Shown in pieces: positions 22,096 to 33,343 of a stretch of 64,000 nt of DNA (its first letter is position 1; each line of letters opens with the position of its first letter). The position numbers were made by a program, and so were the translations under genes. Under the pieces are notes generated by a model that ran no database searches, was not told the origin of the DNA, and worked only from the letters and a program-made list of their open reading frames with translations. The DNA is taken from the NCBI GenBank assembly GCA_963803975.1, contig CAWDOY010000020.1, positions 17,088-81,087 of the forward strand. The letters run 5' to 3'. The stretch comes from an uncultured delta proteobacterium (lineage in GTDB: Bacteria > Desulfobacterota > WTBG01 > CAIYCZ01).

Positions 22096-23935
22096 GTGTC
22101 ATATAAAAACATTTTATTGTATCTGACCATATCACTATGCATCTTTTTGGCGACCAATGCAGATGGTGCCGAGGATAAGAAAGCCGCTGCTGACCGGGAA
22201 TTAAGCGTCACGGCCGGTACCGGGTTCCATCAGTTCAATGTCAGCGGTAACCGGAGCACGGTGGGGGAATATGATGATCTCCGGTCCGGGGCTGATGCGT
22301 ATTTCACCCTGCAGGGGCGCGAGGGCAGAAACTTTATTGACGGCAGCGGCCGCTTTTTTTCCGCCAATGACCAGACCTATTCTTTCAACATAGATATGCA
22401 GCGGATATTCCAGACAGCGTTTTCCTATCAAAAATTCACCCACAACCTTGATCATGACCCCCTTTCAAACCAGGACTTTGCAACAGACTTCAATCCTGAC
22501 CAGAGCAACCGTATCCTGATAGAGGAACTGAAAACAGGCAACACCCTGCGGCTGCCCGCGTTTCCCTTTCTGCAATTCAAAATGGACTACCGCAGCTACA
22601 GCAAACGCGGCCACCGCCAGGCAACAACAGTGGCCAAGTGCTCCCAGTGCCATGTCAGCTCACGAAACAAGCGGGTGAACGATACTACCGAAGACCTGAA
22701 ATTTACCGTTGCGGGCACCGCCGGGCCCGCCACCATCCAGTACAGCCATCTGCAGAGGATTTTTAATGAAGGGGCTTCCCCGCCGTACAATAACTACCGT
22801 GACGGTGCTTCATTTTTTCTGGTGAAAGGCTCTGCGCCCTACAGCCTGGTTCCCGACACCAGCAACAGCGTGCACGAAATAAAGCTCCTGACGCGCCTGC
22901 CCCTGTCCTCGTCTCTCTTTGCAAGCTATCAGACCGGAGAGAAAGATAACCGGGATACTAATAATGATATTGATTACAACAACGTAGCAGCGCGCCTCAG
23001 CACGCTCTTTTTCCGCTACTGCACGGCAGATGCGTTTTTTAATCAATACCATATGCACAACTCCACGCCGGGCAGCATTGATCGCAATACCCGGCGCGGC
23101 GGCTTTGACGTAAGCACCAGTTTTATAAAGAAGCTGAATCTTAAATTTTCCTATATCTGGGAAGATATTGACCGGGACAATTTCCAGGTAAATTCAACCA
23201 GGACCCAGACCTACCGTCTTACCGCAAACTACCGGATGCTGCGCAAGCTCAGGCTGCATGTTAAATATCAAAAGACCCGGGTCGGCGACCCGTTCGTCAA
23301 TGAGGACCCGGATGTTCTGCGCCTGGTTCAGACCTCCCTCCCGCAAAGCGCGGATGAGTTCTACAGCTCACTGTCATGGAGCGTGCTGCAGAATTTTTCT
23401 CTCAATTCAAACTTCAGGTATGTTAAAAGCGACAATGACCGCTATCAAGTAGACGAAGACCACTATGAGTGGAACCTGAGTTTCTGGTATGTCCCCGCGG
23501 AAAAAGTCACGATAAGCGGAGCCTACTCGCTTATGGAAACCAGCATTGACTCTCCGCTCTCCTATAAGCGCTATCACCTCAAAGACGCGTCGAGCCTGTT
23601 TTTGTTTAATGAGGCACCCTATGATGACAGCAGCCAGGCCTACTTCCTGTCTGTGAGTTACCTTCTTAATCCAGCGCACCTCCCTTACCGGTGAAGTCAC
23701 CTATACCCGGAGCCGTGCTGAATTTGACTCGCATTTTGACGGTACCAATATAGGGAGCCTTTCTGAACTCAAGATAAACAAGCTGGAAACCGCGTTCGGC
23801 ATCACCTACCTGTACAGCAGGACGATAACGCTGAACGCTAAATACATGTTCCGGGAATATAATGATAAAAATGACCATGGCCTTGACGGGCAGTTCAGCG
23901 GGGTAAGCATGGGGCTCAACTGGTCATTTAATTAG
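22096..23935 (+). CDS. Outer-membrane beta-barrel partner of the decaheme cytochrome (MtrB/PioB- or GSU2204-like) with one CXXCH; frameshift near 23670
   Basis: Signal peptide, VGEYD, HNLDHDP, CSQCH, alternating beta-strand pattern; shifted frame ends GLNWSF. Confidence 0.75.
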
Positions 23936-23946
23936 GAGGCGGACAT

Positions 23947-24540
23947 ATGAAAAAGCACTTTACTCTTTTGTTAGTATGTTATTTTTTTGTCCCGGTCCTC
24001 CCGGCACATGCTGTGGCGGTTAATCTCAGCCCGCAAGCGGTTGAGGAAGCGATTGCTTTTGGCAATACAAACCGCAGCTCTATAGAAAAAGACCTTGACG
24101 GCAGCTATGCTTTCGGCTCGGCAGAGGAGTATGCGGAAGGCGGGGTTGTTCATACCAAATGGTACAAGCTTGCCATTATGTCCGCGCAAAAAGCCCGTCA
24201 GGGAGGAACATTATCCGCACCGGAGCAGGCGGAAATAGTATCTGATCCGTGCCTCCAGATTAATATCAAAGTATATGGCCGCAGCCTTGATTTCGCCAGA
24301 GATTACCAGGTTACTTTGCTGCAGGGTGCCAAAGTAATAAAACCGGAAAAAATACACGCAGACAGCTTTAGTTCTGACACTGCGGCAACCAGGTCAATGG
24401 CTGGTTTCCCCGGGTACTGGGCAATCATGAGAACTTATTTCAGATATGATGCGTTCAACCCTGCTGCACCCGCAATTTTGATTCTGAATAAAAATGGCAA
24501 GGAAAGCCGTTTCAAAATTGATTTCACGCGCTATAAATAA
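23947..24540 (+). CDS. Exported hypothetical protein
   Basis: Signal peptide; AGGAGG RBS. Confidence 0.7.
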   Translation: MKKHFTLLLVCYFFVPVLPAHAVAVNLSPQAVEEAIAFGNTNRSSIEKDLDGSYAFGSAEEYAEGGVVHTKWYKLAIMSAQKARQGGTLSAPEQAEIVSDPCLQINIKVYGRSLDFARDYQVTLLQGAKVIKPEKIHADSFSSDTAATRSMAGFPGYWAIMRTYFRYDAFNPAAPAILILNKNGKESRFKIDFTRYK

Positions 24541-24552
24541 TGGTGACGAGAC

Positions 24553-24927
24553 ATGACGCTGAGCGGTGATTTTATATATCTTATCGCCTATTGCCTATTC
24601 CTCATCGGCGCTGCCAATTCCTTCCAGAACAACGTACCGCAATCATCCATCTGGACCATGAGCGTGGCGGTGGTAATTGATTTTCTGGGCAGCGTCCTGC
24701 CGGTCATGAGAGTTAAATCCCTGGCGATCAATCTCCCGGGGAATCCTGCTATAACAGCAGCGATATTTTTGGGAATACTGGTGTGGCTGCTGTTCCTGTT
24801 TTCACTGTTTATCTGGAAAATAAAAAAAATCCGCCTGTTTCATTTTATCATTCTTTCCATTGAAGTCATCTGGTTCATTGATTATGTACTGCTCCTGTAC
24901 GGTGTCTACAAGGTACCGCTGCGGTAA
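24553..24927 (+). CDS. Small integral membrane protein (about 4 TM)
   Basis: Highly hydrophobic 124-aa ORF in the same operon. Confidence 0.65.
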   Translation: MTLSGDFIYLIAYCLFLIGAANSFQNNVPQSSIWTMSVAVVIDFLGSVLPVMRVKSLAINLPGNPAITAAIFLGILVWLLFLFSLFIWKIKKIRLFHFIILSIEVIWFIDYVLLLYGVYKVPLR

Positions 24928-25042
24928 GAAGCCCGGCCGGGAAAGATTTTAAAATACAGCTGACAGACAACTGTTCCCTGGTGCACGTCTGTAGTGCTCT
25001 ATATTATTTATATAAAACAACTGATCGCAGAGGAAACTACTG

Positions 25043-26419
25043 ATGATTGCTGAAGCATGCAAAAAACATCTTGAAATTTCAAAAACCGGCTTTGAGGCAC
25101 TCACGAGAGTAATCGAGTTCTCCTGCTCTGCCTGCGGGCTGTGCGTGAGCCTCTGCCCGACAGAAGCCATTGCCATGCAGAACAACGTCCCCACCCTGGT
25201 GGGGCAGTGCACCAAATGCGGCTTCTGCTACCAGGGCTGTCCCCGCAGCTTTTCCCCGCTGGGTAAAGTCAAAGAGCGTTTTTTCGGTGCCGAGCAGAAC
25301 GAGGTGGATACCCGTGTAGGCCGGTGCGTTGACCGGTTTACTGCCCGCTCCCTCTCTGATGAGATTTTTGACCGGGGTGCAAACGGGGGTACTGCCACCG
25401 CCCTCCTCTATTATCTCCTGGAGAAAAATATTGTTGACGCAGTTCTCCATCTGGGTAAAATTCATGAGGACTGCTTCATCTGCCATCATGCTAAAACCAT
25501 TATCTCAACCAGGCCTGAAGAGACCCTGCGGGGCTCCAAGTCAAAAAACCAGATCAGCCCGGTCCTGCATGACCTGAAAAAAGTTGCCGAATATCCGCGC
25601 TACGCTGTGGTGGGGCTTTCCTGCCATGTGCAGGCGTTGAGAAAACTGCAGGTGATACGGGATGACCCGGAGCTGAAGGAAATCTTTAAGGGACTGGCAA
25701 AAACTGCGGAAAAGCTGCTGCAGAACCTGAAATTCGTCATTGCCATTAACTGCTTTTCAAACACTAAATACGGCGGTATTGATAAAATTTACCAGAAGCT
25801 CGGCATCAGGGAAGAAGATGTTATCAAGTACGCGGAAGATACCAAAAAGTCTCTCTACCAGTTCCTGAACGAAGGTAAAAACTTCTTCTGGTATGTTCAG
25901 GACAATATCATGACCAGGGATGGAAAGTTTTTCCCCTTCAAGTATACCGACTATCTCGAAGACGTGATCTTTATGGGGTGCATGGTCTGCCCCAGCTTTA
26001 TCGTCTGCAAGGAGGCTGATGTAAGCATTGGCATCACTGCTTCAGAACTCAAGGTCAGTGAATTCGGCTATAACAGCGTCATGGTCAGAAATCCCGAACT
26101 GGGCGCAATATTCAGTGCCATGGCTGCAGAGGGAAAACTTCTCAAGCGGCCCATGTGGGATAACCGGGGCACCTATATGCGAAAGTTTGTTGAATGGGTC
26201 CTTCCGTCCAAAGACCTTATGAATATGAGCGGATATGTGGCAACGGGGAAATGGAATCCATCGGAAGACCTTTTTAAATCAGCGTCATCAGCCCATAACA
26301 CGCGCATCATGGGCTTGCAGCGGCTCTTTCTCGCCCAGACGGTAAAACGGAAGATGATGTTTGAGCCTGCGATGAAAGCGCTCAAGAAGGGCAATAAACT
26401 GTATACGGACATCATTTAG
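25043..26419 (+). CDS. Coenzyme F420 hydrogenase/dehydrogenase beta-subunit family (FrhB/FdhB) with N-terminal ferredoxin
   Basis: CSACGLCVSLCP, CTKCGFCYQGCP, NGGTATALL, VGLSCHV, ADVSIG. Confidence 0.85.
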   Translation: MIAEACKKHLEISKTGFEALTRVIEFSCSACGLCVSLCPTEAIAMQNNVPTLVGQCTKCGFCYQGCPRSFSPLGKVKERFFGAEQNEVDTRVGRCVDRFTARSLSDEIFDRGANGGTATALLYYLLEKNIVDAVLHLGKIHEDCFICHHAKTIISTRPEETLRGSKSKNQISPVLHDLKKVAEYPRYAVVGLSCHVQALRKLQVIRDDPELKEIFKGLAKTAEKLLQNLKFVIAINCFSNTKYGGIDKIYQKLGIREEDVIKYAEDTKKSLYQFLNEGKNFFWYVQDNIMTRDGKFFPFKYTDYLEDVIFMGCMVCPSFIVCKEADVSIGITASELKVSEFGYNSVMVRNPELGAIFSAMAAEGKLLKRPMWDNRGTYMRKFVEWVLPSKDLMNMSGYVATGKWNPSEDLFKSASSAHNTRIMGLQRLFLAQTVKRKMMFEPAMKALKKGNKLYTDII

Positions 26420-26742
26420 GTGCGGGATACTGCGACCGCATCAGGTCGCAGGAACAGGAGCAAATAAGCTTTACATAAAAGCAGGGCATGCACAGGAAAA
26501 AAAGTGACAGAGGTGAATAGGTGCAAAATGCAAGTTTATCTTAGTTAACCTCGTTTGCCTGTTGGCATTTACTGGTACGAACCGAGGGACTGAATCTCCG
26601 AGTTCCTTCCCCCGTGCGCCATAGTAATGACAGCTATATAAATTTTAGGGGGAAAGTCTGTGGAATAATAGGCCCTTGAATTTTTCCATAATTGAGCTAA
26701 AATTGAGCATCTAAAATAAAGATGTAACACACATCAATATAT

Positions 26743-26877
26743 AAGGGGCAGTTGATCATCAGTCCAAGTACCGGACGAGAGGTTATTACGTCCAGGGCGT
26801 CAGGACAGACCTTCAATGGTTTAGAATTCAGTTTACTGAAGCGCCTACCTCCTTTATGACAACTGCCCCTTGTTTTA
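26743..26877 (+). ncRNA. Candidate structured RNA closed by a long terminal stem
   Basis: AAGGGGCAGTTG(A)TCAT pairs with ATGACAACTGCCCCTT around ~100 nt containing further stems; strand uncertain. Confidence 0.35.
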
Positions 26878-26959
26878 TGCTGCATTAATTCTCAACCTGC
26901 TTGCCCCAATGCGCATAGCAACTTTTCAGACAATTCCTGATTTCCTTCTGTAATCTATT

Positions 26960-28927
26960 ATGAACCGACTAAAACGATTATTGCTGGGCGGTGCGCGCGA
27001 CCCCAATGACCCCCACGTCTTCCATAAGCTCACGCTGATAGCCTTTTTTGCCTGGGTAGGCCTCGGCGCGGACGGATTAACGTCCTCATGCTACGGTCCG
27101 GAGGAAGCGTTTATAACCCTGCAGGGCCATCATTTCCTCGGCATCTTCGTGGTGCTGGGCACCGTGCTCACCATAGTTATCATCAGCATGAGCTACTCCC
27201 AGATAATCGAGCTCTTTCCCTCCGGCGGCGGCGGCTACCTCGTTGCCAGCAAACTGCTGTCTCCTTCCGCGGGCATGGTTTCCGGATGCGCGCTGCTTAT
27301 TGACTATATTTTAACCATAACGCTCTCTATCGCCAGCGGGGCTGATGCAATCTTCAGCTTCTTTCCCCTGGAGTGGCTTCCCTATAAGCTGTGGCTTGCA
27401 GTCGGCGGCGTAATCCTGCTTACCATCCTGAACATGCGCGGGGTGAAGGAATCCGTGCTGCCGCTGGTGCCGATATTTTTGATATTTATCGTGACCCACG
27501 CGTTTGTAATTTTTTACACCTTCATTACCCATCTTATAAATATCCCGGAAGTGATAACCGCTACTGCCCGCGATGTGCGGTCAGCACAGAGTGAACTCGG
27601 ATTGGTCGGCATGATTTTTCTGATCCTTCGCTCCTACAGCATGGGTGCCGGCACCTTTACCGGTATTGAAGCCGTGAGCAACGGGCTGCCGATACTGCGC
27701 GAACCAAAGGTGGAAACCGCAAAGCAGACCATGCGCTATATGGCGGGGTCGCTTGCGTTTATGGTGGTGGGCATCATGGGTGGCTACATTCTCTACCGGC
27801 TGGAACCGGTTGCAGGCAAAACCCTCAATGCCGTGCTGCTGGAAAATGTCACCCGGAACTGGCCCGCCAATCTGGGGTATTATTTTGTCCTGATAACGCT
27901 TGCGTCCGAGGCAGTGCTCTTATTTGTGGCTGCCCAGACCGGCTTTCTTGACGGCCCGCGGGTCCTTTCCAACATGGCGCTTGACCGCTGGTTCCCCACC
28001 CGGTTTGCCATGCTCAGCGACCGGCTGGTAAACCAGAACGGCATCCTCATCATGGGCGTCATATCACTGGTCATGATGATTCTGTCAGGCGGCTCGGTAC
28101 GGTTCCTCGTCGTGCTCTACAGCATCAACGTGTTTGTCACCTTCTCCCTTTCCCAGCTCGGCATGGTGCGTCACTGGTGGAACTGCAGGCAGCAAGAGGC
28201 CAAATGGATAAAAGGTTTAAGCATTAACGGCATCGGTCTCATGCTTACCACGTTTGTTCTGATTTCGGTTATTATCCTGAAGTTTTATGAAGGCGGCTGG
28301 ATCACCGTAGCAGTAACCGGTTCGCTGGTTACCATTGCCATCACCACAAAACGGCATTACGCGAACACCGCCAAGCTGCTGCAAAGACTTGACGACCTGG
28401 TGCTCCCCATTGTGTCGACCTTGAAGCAGGATACAGCAAATAAAGTCAAACCTGCTCCGGAATGTAATCTTAATGCCATGACCGCGGTGCTCTTAGTCAG
28501 CGGCTTTAACGGGCTCGGGCTGCATACCATGTTCAGCATCCTGCGGCTGTTCGGCAACACCTTTAAAAATTTTGCCTTTGTGCAGATCGGCTCCATTGAT
28601 GCAGGAAGTTTCAAGGGCGAGTCAGAGATGGAACGCCTGCACACGAGCACAAGACATGACGTGGACCTGTATGTTAAGTACATGAAGGAAAACGGCTTTT
28701 ACGCGGAGAGTTTTTATTCGGTCAGCACCGATGTTGTGGAGGGGATCCTTGCATTAACCCCGGCCATCCTGAAACAATTCCCCCAGGCAATCTTCTTCGG
28801 CGGCCAGCTGGTGTTCCCGGAAGATTCCTTTTACAGCAGGCTGCACCATAACTACCTGGTATTTACCCTGCAGAGAAAACTCTACCATCAGGGCATTCCT
28901 TTTGTTATACTCCCCATACGCGTATAA
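26960..28927 (+). CDS. APC-superfamily permease, KimA/YdaO-like (putative K+ transporter)
   Basis: GADGLTSSCYGPEE, PSGGGGY, TGIEAVSNG, LYSINVF, cytoplasmic C-terminal domain. Confidence 0.8.
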   Translation: MNRLKRLLLGGARDPNDPHVFHKLTLIAFFAWVGLGADGLTSSCYGPEEAFITLQGHHFLGIFVVLGTVLTIVIISMSYSQIIELFPSGGGGYLVASKLLSPSAGMVSGCALLIDYILTITLSIASGADAIFSFFPLEWLPYKLWLAVGGVILLTILNMRGVKESVLPLVPIFLIFIVTHAFVIFYTFITHLINIPEVITATARDVRSAQSELGLVGMIFLILRSYSMGAGTFTGIEAVSNGLPILREPKVETAKQTMRYMAGSLAFMVVGIMGGYILYRLEPVAGKTLNAVLLENVTRNWPANLGYYFVLITLASEAVLLFVAAQTGFLDGPRVLSNMALDRWFPTRFAMLSDRLVNQNGILIMGVISLVMMILSGGSVRFLVVLYSINVFVTFSLSQLGMVRHWWNCRQQEAKWIKGLSINGIGLMLTTFVLISVIILKFYEGGWITVAVTGSLVTIAITTKRHYANTAKLLQRLDDLVLPIVSTLKQDTANKVKPAPECNLNAMTAVLLVSGFNGLGLHTMFSILRLFGNTFKNFAFVQIGSIDAGSFKGESEMERLHTSTRHDVDLYVKYMKENGFYAESFYSVSTDVVEGILALTPAILKQFPQAIFFGGQLVFPEDSFYSRLHHNYLVFTLQRKLYHQGIPFVILPIRV

Positions 28928-29114
28928 TCTCTAAACAACAGCCTACCGGACAAGTCCGAGGAGCGCATTTATGCATGCGACTGAAACACAGCCGAAGCGG
29001 ATTGAGTTTGCGGCTAAAGCAACTCATGACAGCAAAATTTTCTTCAGTCAGAATTTTGATTTTTCGTTCATTTTTGCAGAAACCTAAACTAAGAGCCTAA
29101 CGGAGACCGACAAG

Positions 29115-29834
29115 ATGGTGCCATTCCTGCTGCAAGCCAAGACCATAGCCGATGCCTGGTTTCAGTTGCTTTATAATATTTTTGATCATTGCTATACGCA
29201 GACCATACAGAAGGGCTCTTTTGAGCATGATCAGTATCGCCTCCAGTATCCCGGCATTGCCGTCTTTATAGAGCATCCGGATGAGGACATGATTCCCGTC
29301 ATTCCTCCGGGCCTTGGTATCCCATCGCCGACCACCATGGGGTATATTGAGGACTATTTTGTGAATTACCTGATGAATCCCCGGCTCTCGGAAAATGAAA
29401 CCTACCGCTATGCCAGCAGAGTCCACCACCCCATGCCGCAGGGCGGCACCCAGCTTGAGCGGGCGATAGCACTGCTCAAAGAGACGCCGCTTACCAATCA
29501 GGCTATCGTTGAGATAGGTTCACCGGAAGATTACGACACCTGCATCGGCAAAGACGGCAAGCTTGATCCGCCGTGCCTGCGGCTGCTTGATTTTAAAGCA
29601 ATACCGCAGGGGGATGAGCTGATCCTGTCGGTCAGCTGCTACTTCCGGTCCTGGGACCTGTGGGCGGGATTTCCCACCAACCTTGGCGGCATAGAATTGC
29701 TGAAAAAATATGTGGCTGATGAGGCAGGTCTTAAAGACGGCCCCATCTACGCGTACAGCGCGGGCGCGCATATCTACGGCTACCAGGAAGAGCTGGCCCG
29801 CATACGGACACTGAAACAGAAAAAAACTGGTTAG
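29115..29834 (+). CDS. thyA: Thymidylate synthase (short ThyA-type)
   Basis: DPPCLR catalytic Cys, FRSWD, FPTN, AHIY. Confidence 0.75.
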   Translation: MVPFLLQAKTIADAWFQLLYNIFDHCYTQTIQKGSFEHDQYRLQYPGIAVFIEHPDEDMIPVIPPGLGIPSPTTMGYIEDYFVNYLMNPRLSENETYRYASRVHHPMPQGGTQLERAIALLKETPLTNQAIVEIGSPEDYDTCIGKDGKLDPPCLRLLDFKAIPQGDELILSVSCYFRSWDLWAGFPTNLGGIELLKKYVADEAGLKDGPIYAYSAGAHIYGYQEELARIRTLKQKKTG

Positions 29835-29954
29835 TTGGTGAATCGATAATAGGTGAATCGTTAAATAAAATTATACGCATCCAGTTTTTTTTCACTTCGA
29901 TTTATTTCACTTATTCACTATTCACTATTCACTGTTTATCAGGAAACACACTTT

Positions 29955-31977
29955 ATGGCTTTGAAGAGATTCGTAGAGGAACAGCGGCAGATCATTCTGC
30001 ACACCGAGGGCATGATCTGCTCAACACCGCACCAGTTAACTGGACAGCGAGGAGCTGGAACGGATTGTAGCTCTGTACATTAAAAAGCATGTCAAACAGA
30101 ACTCCCAGCTGCAGGCCATTCTGGACATGGAGGTGTTTAATAAACCCGGCGGGATTACCATCACCGGGCTGCTCAGATTTCTTGCCGACCATCCCCTGGA
30201 AGAGTTCGTCCGCAGCTACCCGGAGGCGCAGCCGTTACTGGAGCCGCGCACACGCAACAGCCTCCTCATCTTTGTTGAAGAGCTGTACAACTTCTGGCGC
30301 ACCTTTGACCGCTTCATGGTGCTCCATTCTGAACCCGGCCCCAGCAGCTTTGATCAGCGCCCCTATCGTTCATTTAATGCCACCATGGGAACACTGACCA
30401 ACCTGATTCGCGGGGTGTACCGGGATGTCTGCGAGAACCTCACCGGGGACCACCCCCGCATTTACCGTCAGGTCACGGCAGGTTGTAATGTCGGGCTCAT
30501 TGCCGTCCCCCGGAACTGCACCCTGCCTGAGCCATACGCTGCCATTTTAGGTGATGTCCCGTTCATCAGGCAGGTGCTGATCAACCCGCCCATGATCATC
30601 GACCCGCCCATGAACACGCGCTCCGGGCAGTTTAAAAAAATCCCGCAGAACCCGCTCAAAAGCATCGTGCTTAATAAAGACAGCTGGCTCTGCTATCCCG
30701 CGCTGGTCGGGCCGCTGGTCATTTTCATCTACGTGCACCAGCGCTTCGTGAGCCTTGGCTGCGCCCTCGCCAACCTGTTTGAAATTGCAACCGACGAGCA
30801 GATCGAAAAAGGTCCGGATGCCGTCTTTGCCTACGGCGTTCCCCCCGAATCCCTGCAGGAATACGGCACCCTGCCGACCGTGTTTTACGATGATGAGGAG
30901 AGCAGGCTGCTGGTCGCCGCCATTCCCGGGGAAGACCGGTTCGGCTACTTCGGCTACTTCAAGAAGATGGTCCTCACCCTGCACAATATCATCATCATGA
31001 AGCAGGGCCGCCTGCCGTTCCACGGGGCCATGGTCCACATCCTGCTTAAAAGCGGCGTTTCAGCCAACGTGCTGATCATCGGCGATACCGGTGCCGGGAA
31101 ATCAGAAACCCTGGAAGCGCTGCGCATCCTCGGCGATGACTATATCAGCGAGCTGCGCATCATCGCCGATGACATGGGTTCCCTTGCCGTCAGCAGGCAC
31201 CACAAGCAGATACTCGGCTACGGGACTGAGATCGGCGCCTTTGTGCGGCTTGATGACCTGCAGAAGGGCTATGCCTTCGGCCAGATTGACCGCACTATTA
31301 TCATGAGCCCGCAGAAGGTGAACGCGCGCGTGGTGCTCCCGGTCACAACCCTTGATGAAGTGCTTCACGGCTATCAGGCGGATATAATCCTCTATGCCAA
31401 CAACTACGAAGAAGTTGACGAGGACCATCCCCTGCTGGATACCTTTTCCTCCTACCAGGAAGCCCTCCACGTATTCCGTGAAGGCACGACACTGGCAAAA
31501 GGCACCACCACCGCAACCGGGCTTGTCCACAGCTATTTTGCCAACATCTTCGGCCCGCCCCAGTATCGCGAGAAGCATGAACACCTTGCTGAGCAGACCT
31601 TCAGGGCTGCCTTTAAATACGGGCTCTATGTGGGGCAGCTGAGGACCAGGCTTGGCATCAAGGGCTATGAAACAGACGGCCCCCAGGAAGCAGCCAAAGC
31701 CCTGTTTGCCCTCATTTCAGAGCTTAATAGAATAACTGAAACATGCATAATTGTTCTTGAATTTCCTGGACGGAATACCACTAAACCTCTCGCTTTGCTT
31801 CACCGATCAGATTCTCATCAGCACGTTTGTCATCTCCTCGATCACCGTGTGGCCTCCCACGCCGCGTCGTACAGAATATCCGGTGCTTGTACCGATCATC
31901 CTCAAACAGCTCCATTGCACTGCTTCTCCGTTGTTCCGGTATGCTTCGGAATGCGCATCGCCACGAACCGCATATAA
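29955..31977 (+). CDS. Phosphoenolpyruvate carboxykinase-like P-loop protein (N-terminal frameshift; true end may be near 31730)
   Basis: YFGYFKKMVLTLHN, PFHGAM, GDTGAGKSE P-loop, IADDMG, GTEIGAFVRLDD. Confidence 0.7.
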
Positions 31978-32114
31978 AAAATAAGGACGGAACCTGTACC
32001 GGCTGCTGCCTGGACAACGCTATTTTAGAAACGGAAATAAAACGGATTGAACAAAAAGAGCCAGTGCTGATTGAGACTCCGGCCACGTTTAAAGACACGG
32101 CCGGTAAAGAACGC

Positions 32115-32153
32115 AAGAAAGGCAGAACCAGATTAATTGGCTCTGCCTTTCTT
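32115..32153. terminator. Bidirectional intrinsic terminator closing the peptide array
   Basis: AAGAAAGGCAGAACCA-N7-TGGCTCTGCCTTTCTT. Confidence 0.7.
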
Positions 32154-32185
32154 ATCTTCAGTATACTACCTTGTATAACTTCTTA

Positions 32186-32299
32186 TTACTGATATGTTGG
32201 ACACGGGCTTGGTGAGCAGGTCTGTGCCGGGCCGAGTAATTCAATTATTTCGTCTTCTGAATACGTGATTACTTTTGGCGCTTCATATTCTTTTTTCAT
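32186..32299 (-). CDS. 37-aa RiPP-precursor-like peptide, copy P1: MKKEYEAPKVITYSEDEIIELLGPAQTCSPSPCPTYQ
   Basis: Manual translation; AGAGGA RBS; near-identical to three other copies with mostly synonymous differences. Confidence 0.85.
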   Translation of the reverse strand: MKKEYEAPKVITYSEDEIIELLGPAQTCSPSPCPTYQ

Positions 32300-32344
32300 G
32301 AGATAACATCCTCTTTCTTATCGCGTTTTACGCTGCACCATTCA

Positions 32345-33228
32345 TTATTTCCCAAACCCGAATATAAGCCGTGGCGTGGCGCTCTTTGGACCGTGCATGG
32401 CTGCAGTGCCGTTCAGGTCGATGTCTTCCAGCTTGTAGTAGTAGGTTTTCTATTCTGTGCATTGTCATCAATAAATTGATACGAAGCACCCACGGCTGCA
32501 CCGGCTTTTGCCGGGATGATAGCATCATTTATTTTTATATATTCTCCATTTTCTGATTTCGCACGTAAAATGTTAAACCCGGCATTATCAATTTCTGTTG
32601 CGGTTTCCCAGATAAGCGTAACTTTATTGTTGCCAGGCTTTGCTTCAAATGATGCAAGAGTAATGGCGGTTGCGACAGGAACTGGGATTCTGCCAGCTTC
32701 TGTGTCGTAATAACCGACACTTAATCCGTCATATATCACAAACTCCGTTGCCGATCCGGTGTATATGAAACTAAATAGCGGAGTGTTCGTCGGGAATGTT
32801 CCGGATTCTTCGGGGCTAGCATTTATCTGTACGGCCTGGTAAGGAGGATCAAAACTTGACCAATCATATCCACCTAAAAAAAGATTACCACTTCCAGAGC
32901 TGCGTTTTCCTAAGTTAGAACCAAGATCTGTAACTGTACCAACTAAAATCTCTCCGGGAGTAAGTAATCGCTCAATAACTTCACCCGGAAGTGGATCACG
33001 CCATATTATTGGTTCAGCAGATATCAATAGGTCAAACATATCCCACTGGTACCAATTATTCTCATCTGCATCTCCAATATTGGTATTGTAAAGGAACGAT
33101 ACAGTGAATGTATCAGGTGCAGACGATCGTTCGATCTTTATTGCATCGGTTATATTGGCTGCGTTTGCCACGCCGCCAACTACCAACATCATCATTACTA
33201 CTGCACAAATTGTAATTAACTTTTTCAT
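32345..33228 (-). CDS. Secreted protein C: signal peptide, variable domain, conserved FN3-like C-terminal domain (frameshift near 32445)
   Basis: MKKLITICAVVMMMLVVGGVANA signal; TAITLASFEA...WETATEIDNAGFNILR...YYYKLEDIDLNG...HGPKSATPRLIFGFGK. Confidence 0.8.
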
Positions 33229-33280
33229 TTGAGTTTTCTCTCCCTGTTCCTTGTTAATGATACAGTTTTTTCTTAACAGA

Positions 33281-33343
33281 TCACTGATATGTCGGGCACG
33301 GGCTTGGGGAACAGGTCTGCGCAGGTCCAAGCATCTCTATAAT
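33281..33343 (-). pseudogene. 5'-truncated peptide copy P2 (IIEMLGPAQTCSPSPCPTYQ)
   Basis: Last 20 codons of the peptide plus TGA, fused directly to the truncated upstream gene. Confidence 0.8.

Noticed and set aside
26500..26560. c-di-AMP (ydaO) riboswitch upstream of the KimA-like gene
   Set aside because: Only TTAGTTAACCTCGT resembles the 3' consensus. The other conserved blocks and stems are absent and it is 400 bp from the gene.
26585..26622. tRNA 3' end (...CCCCGTGCGCCA)
   Set aside because: No TTCGA T-loop and no cloverleaf or matching acceptor stem.
26750..26800. Hammerhead ribozyme (CTGATGA on the minus strand)
   Set aside because: No correctly placed GAAA or stem II/III architecture.
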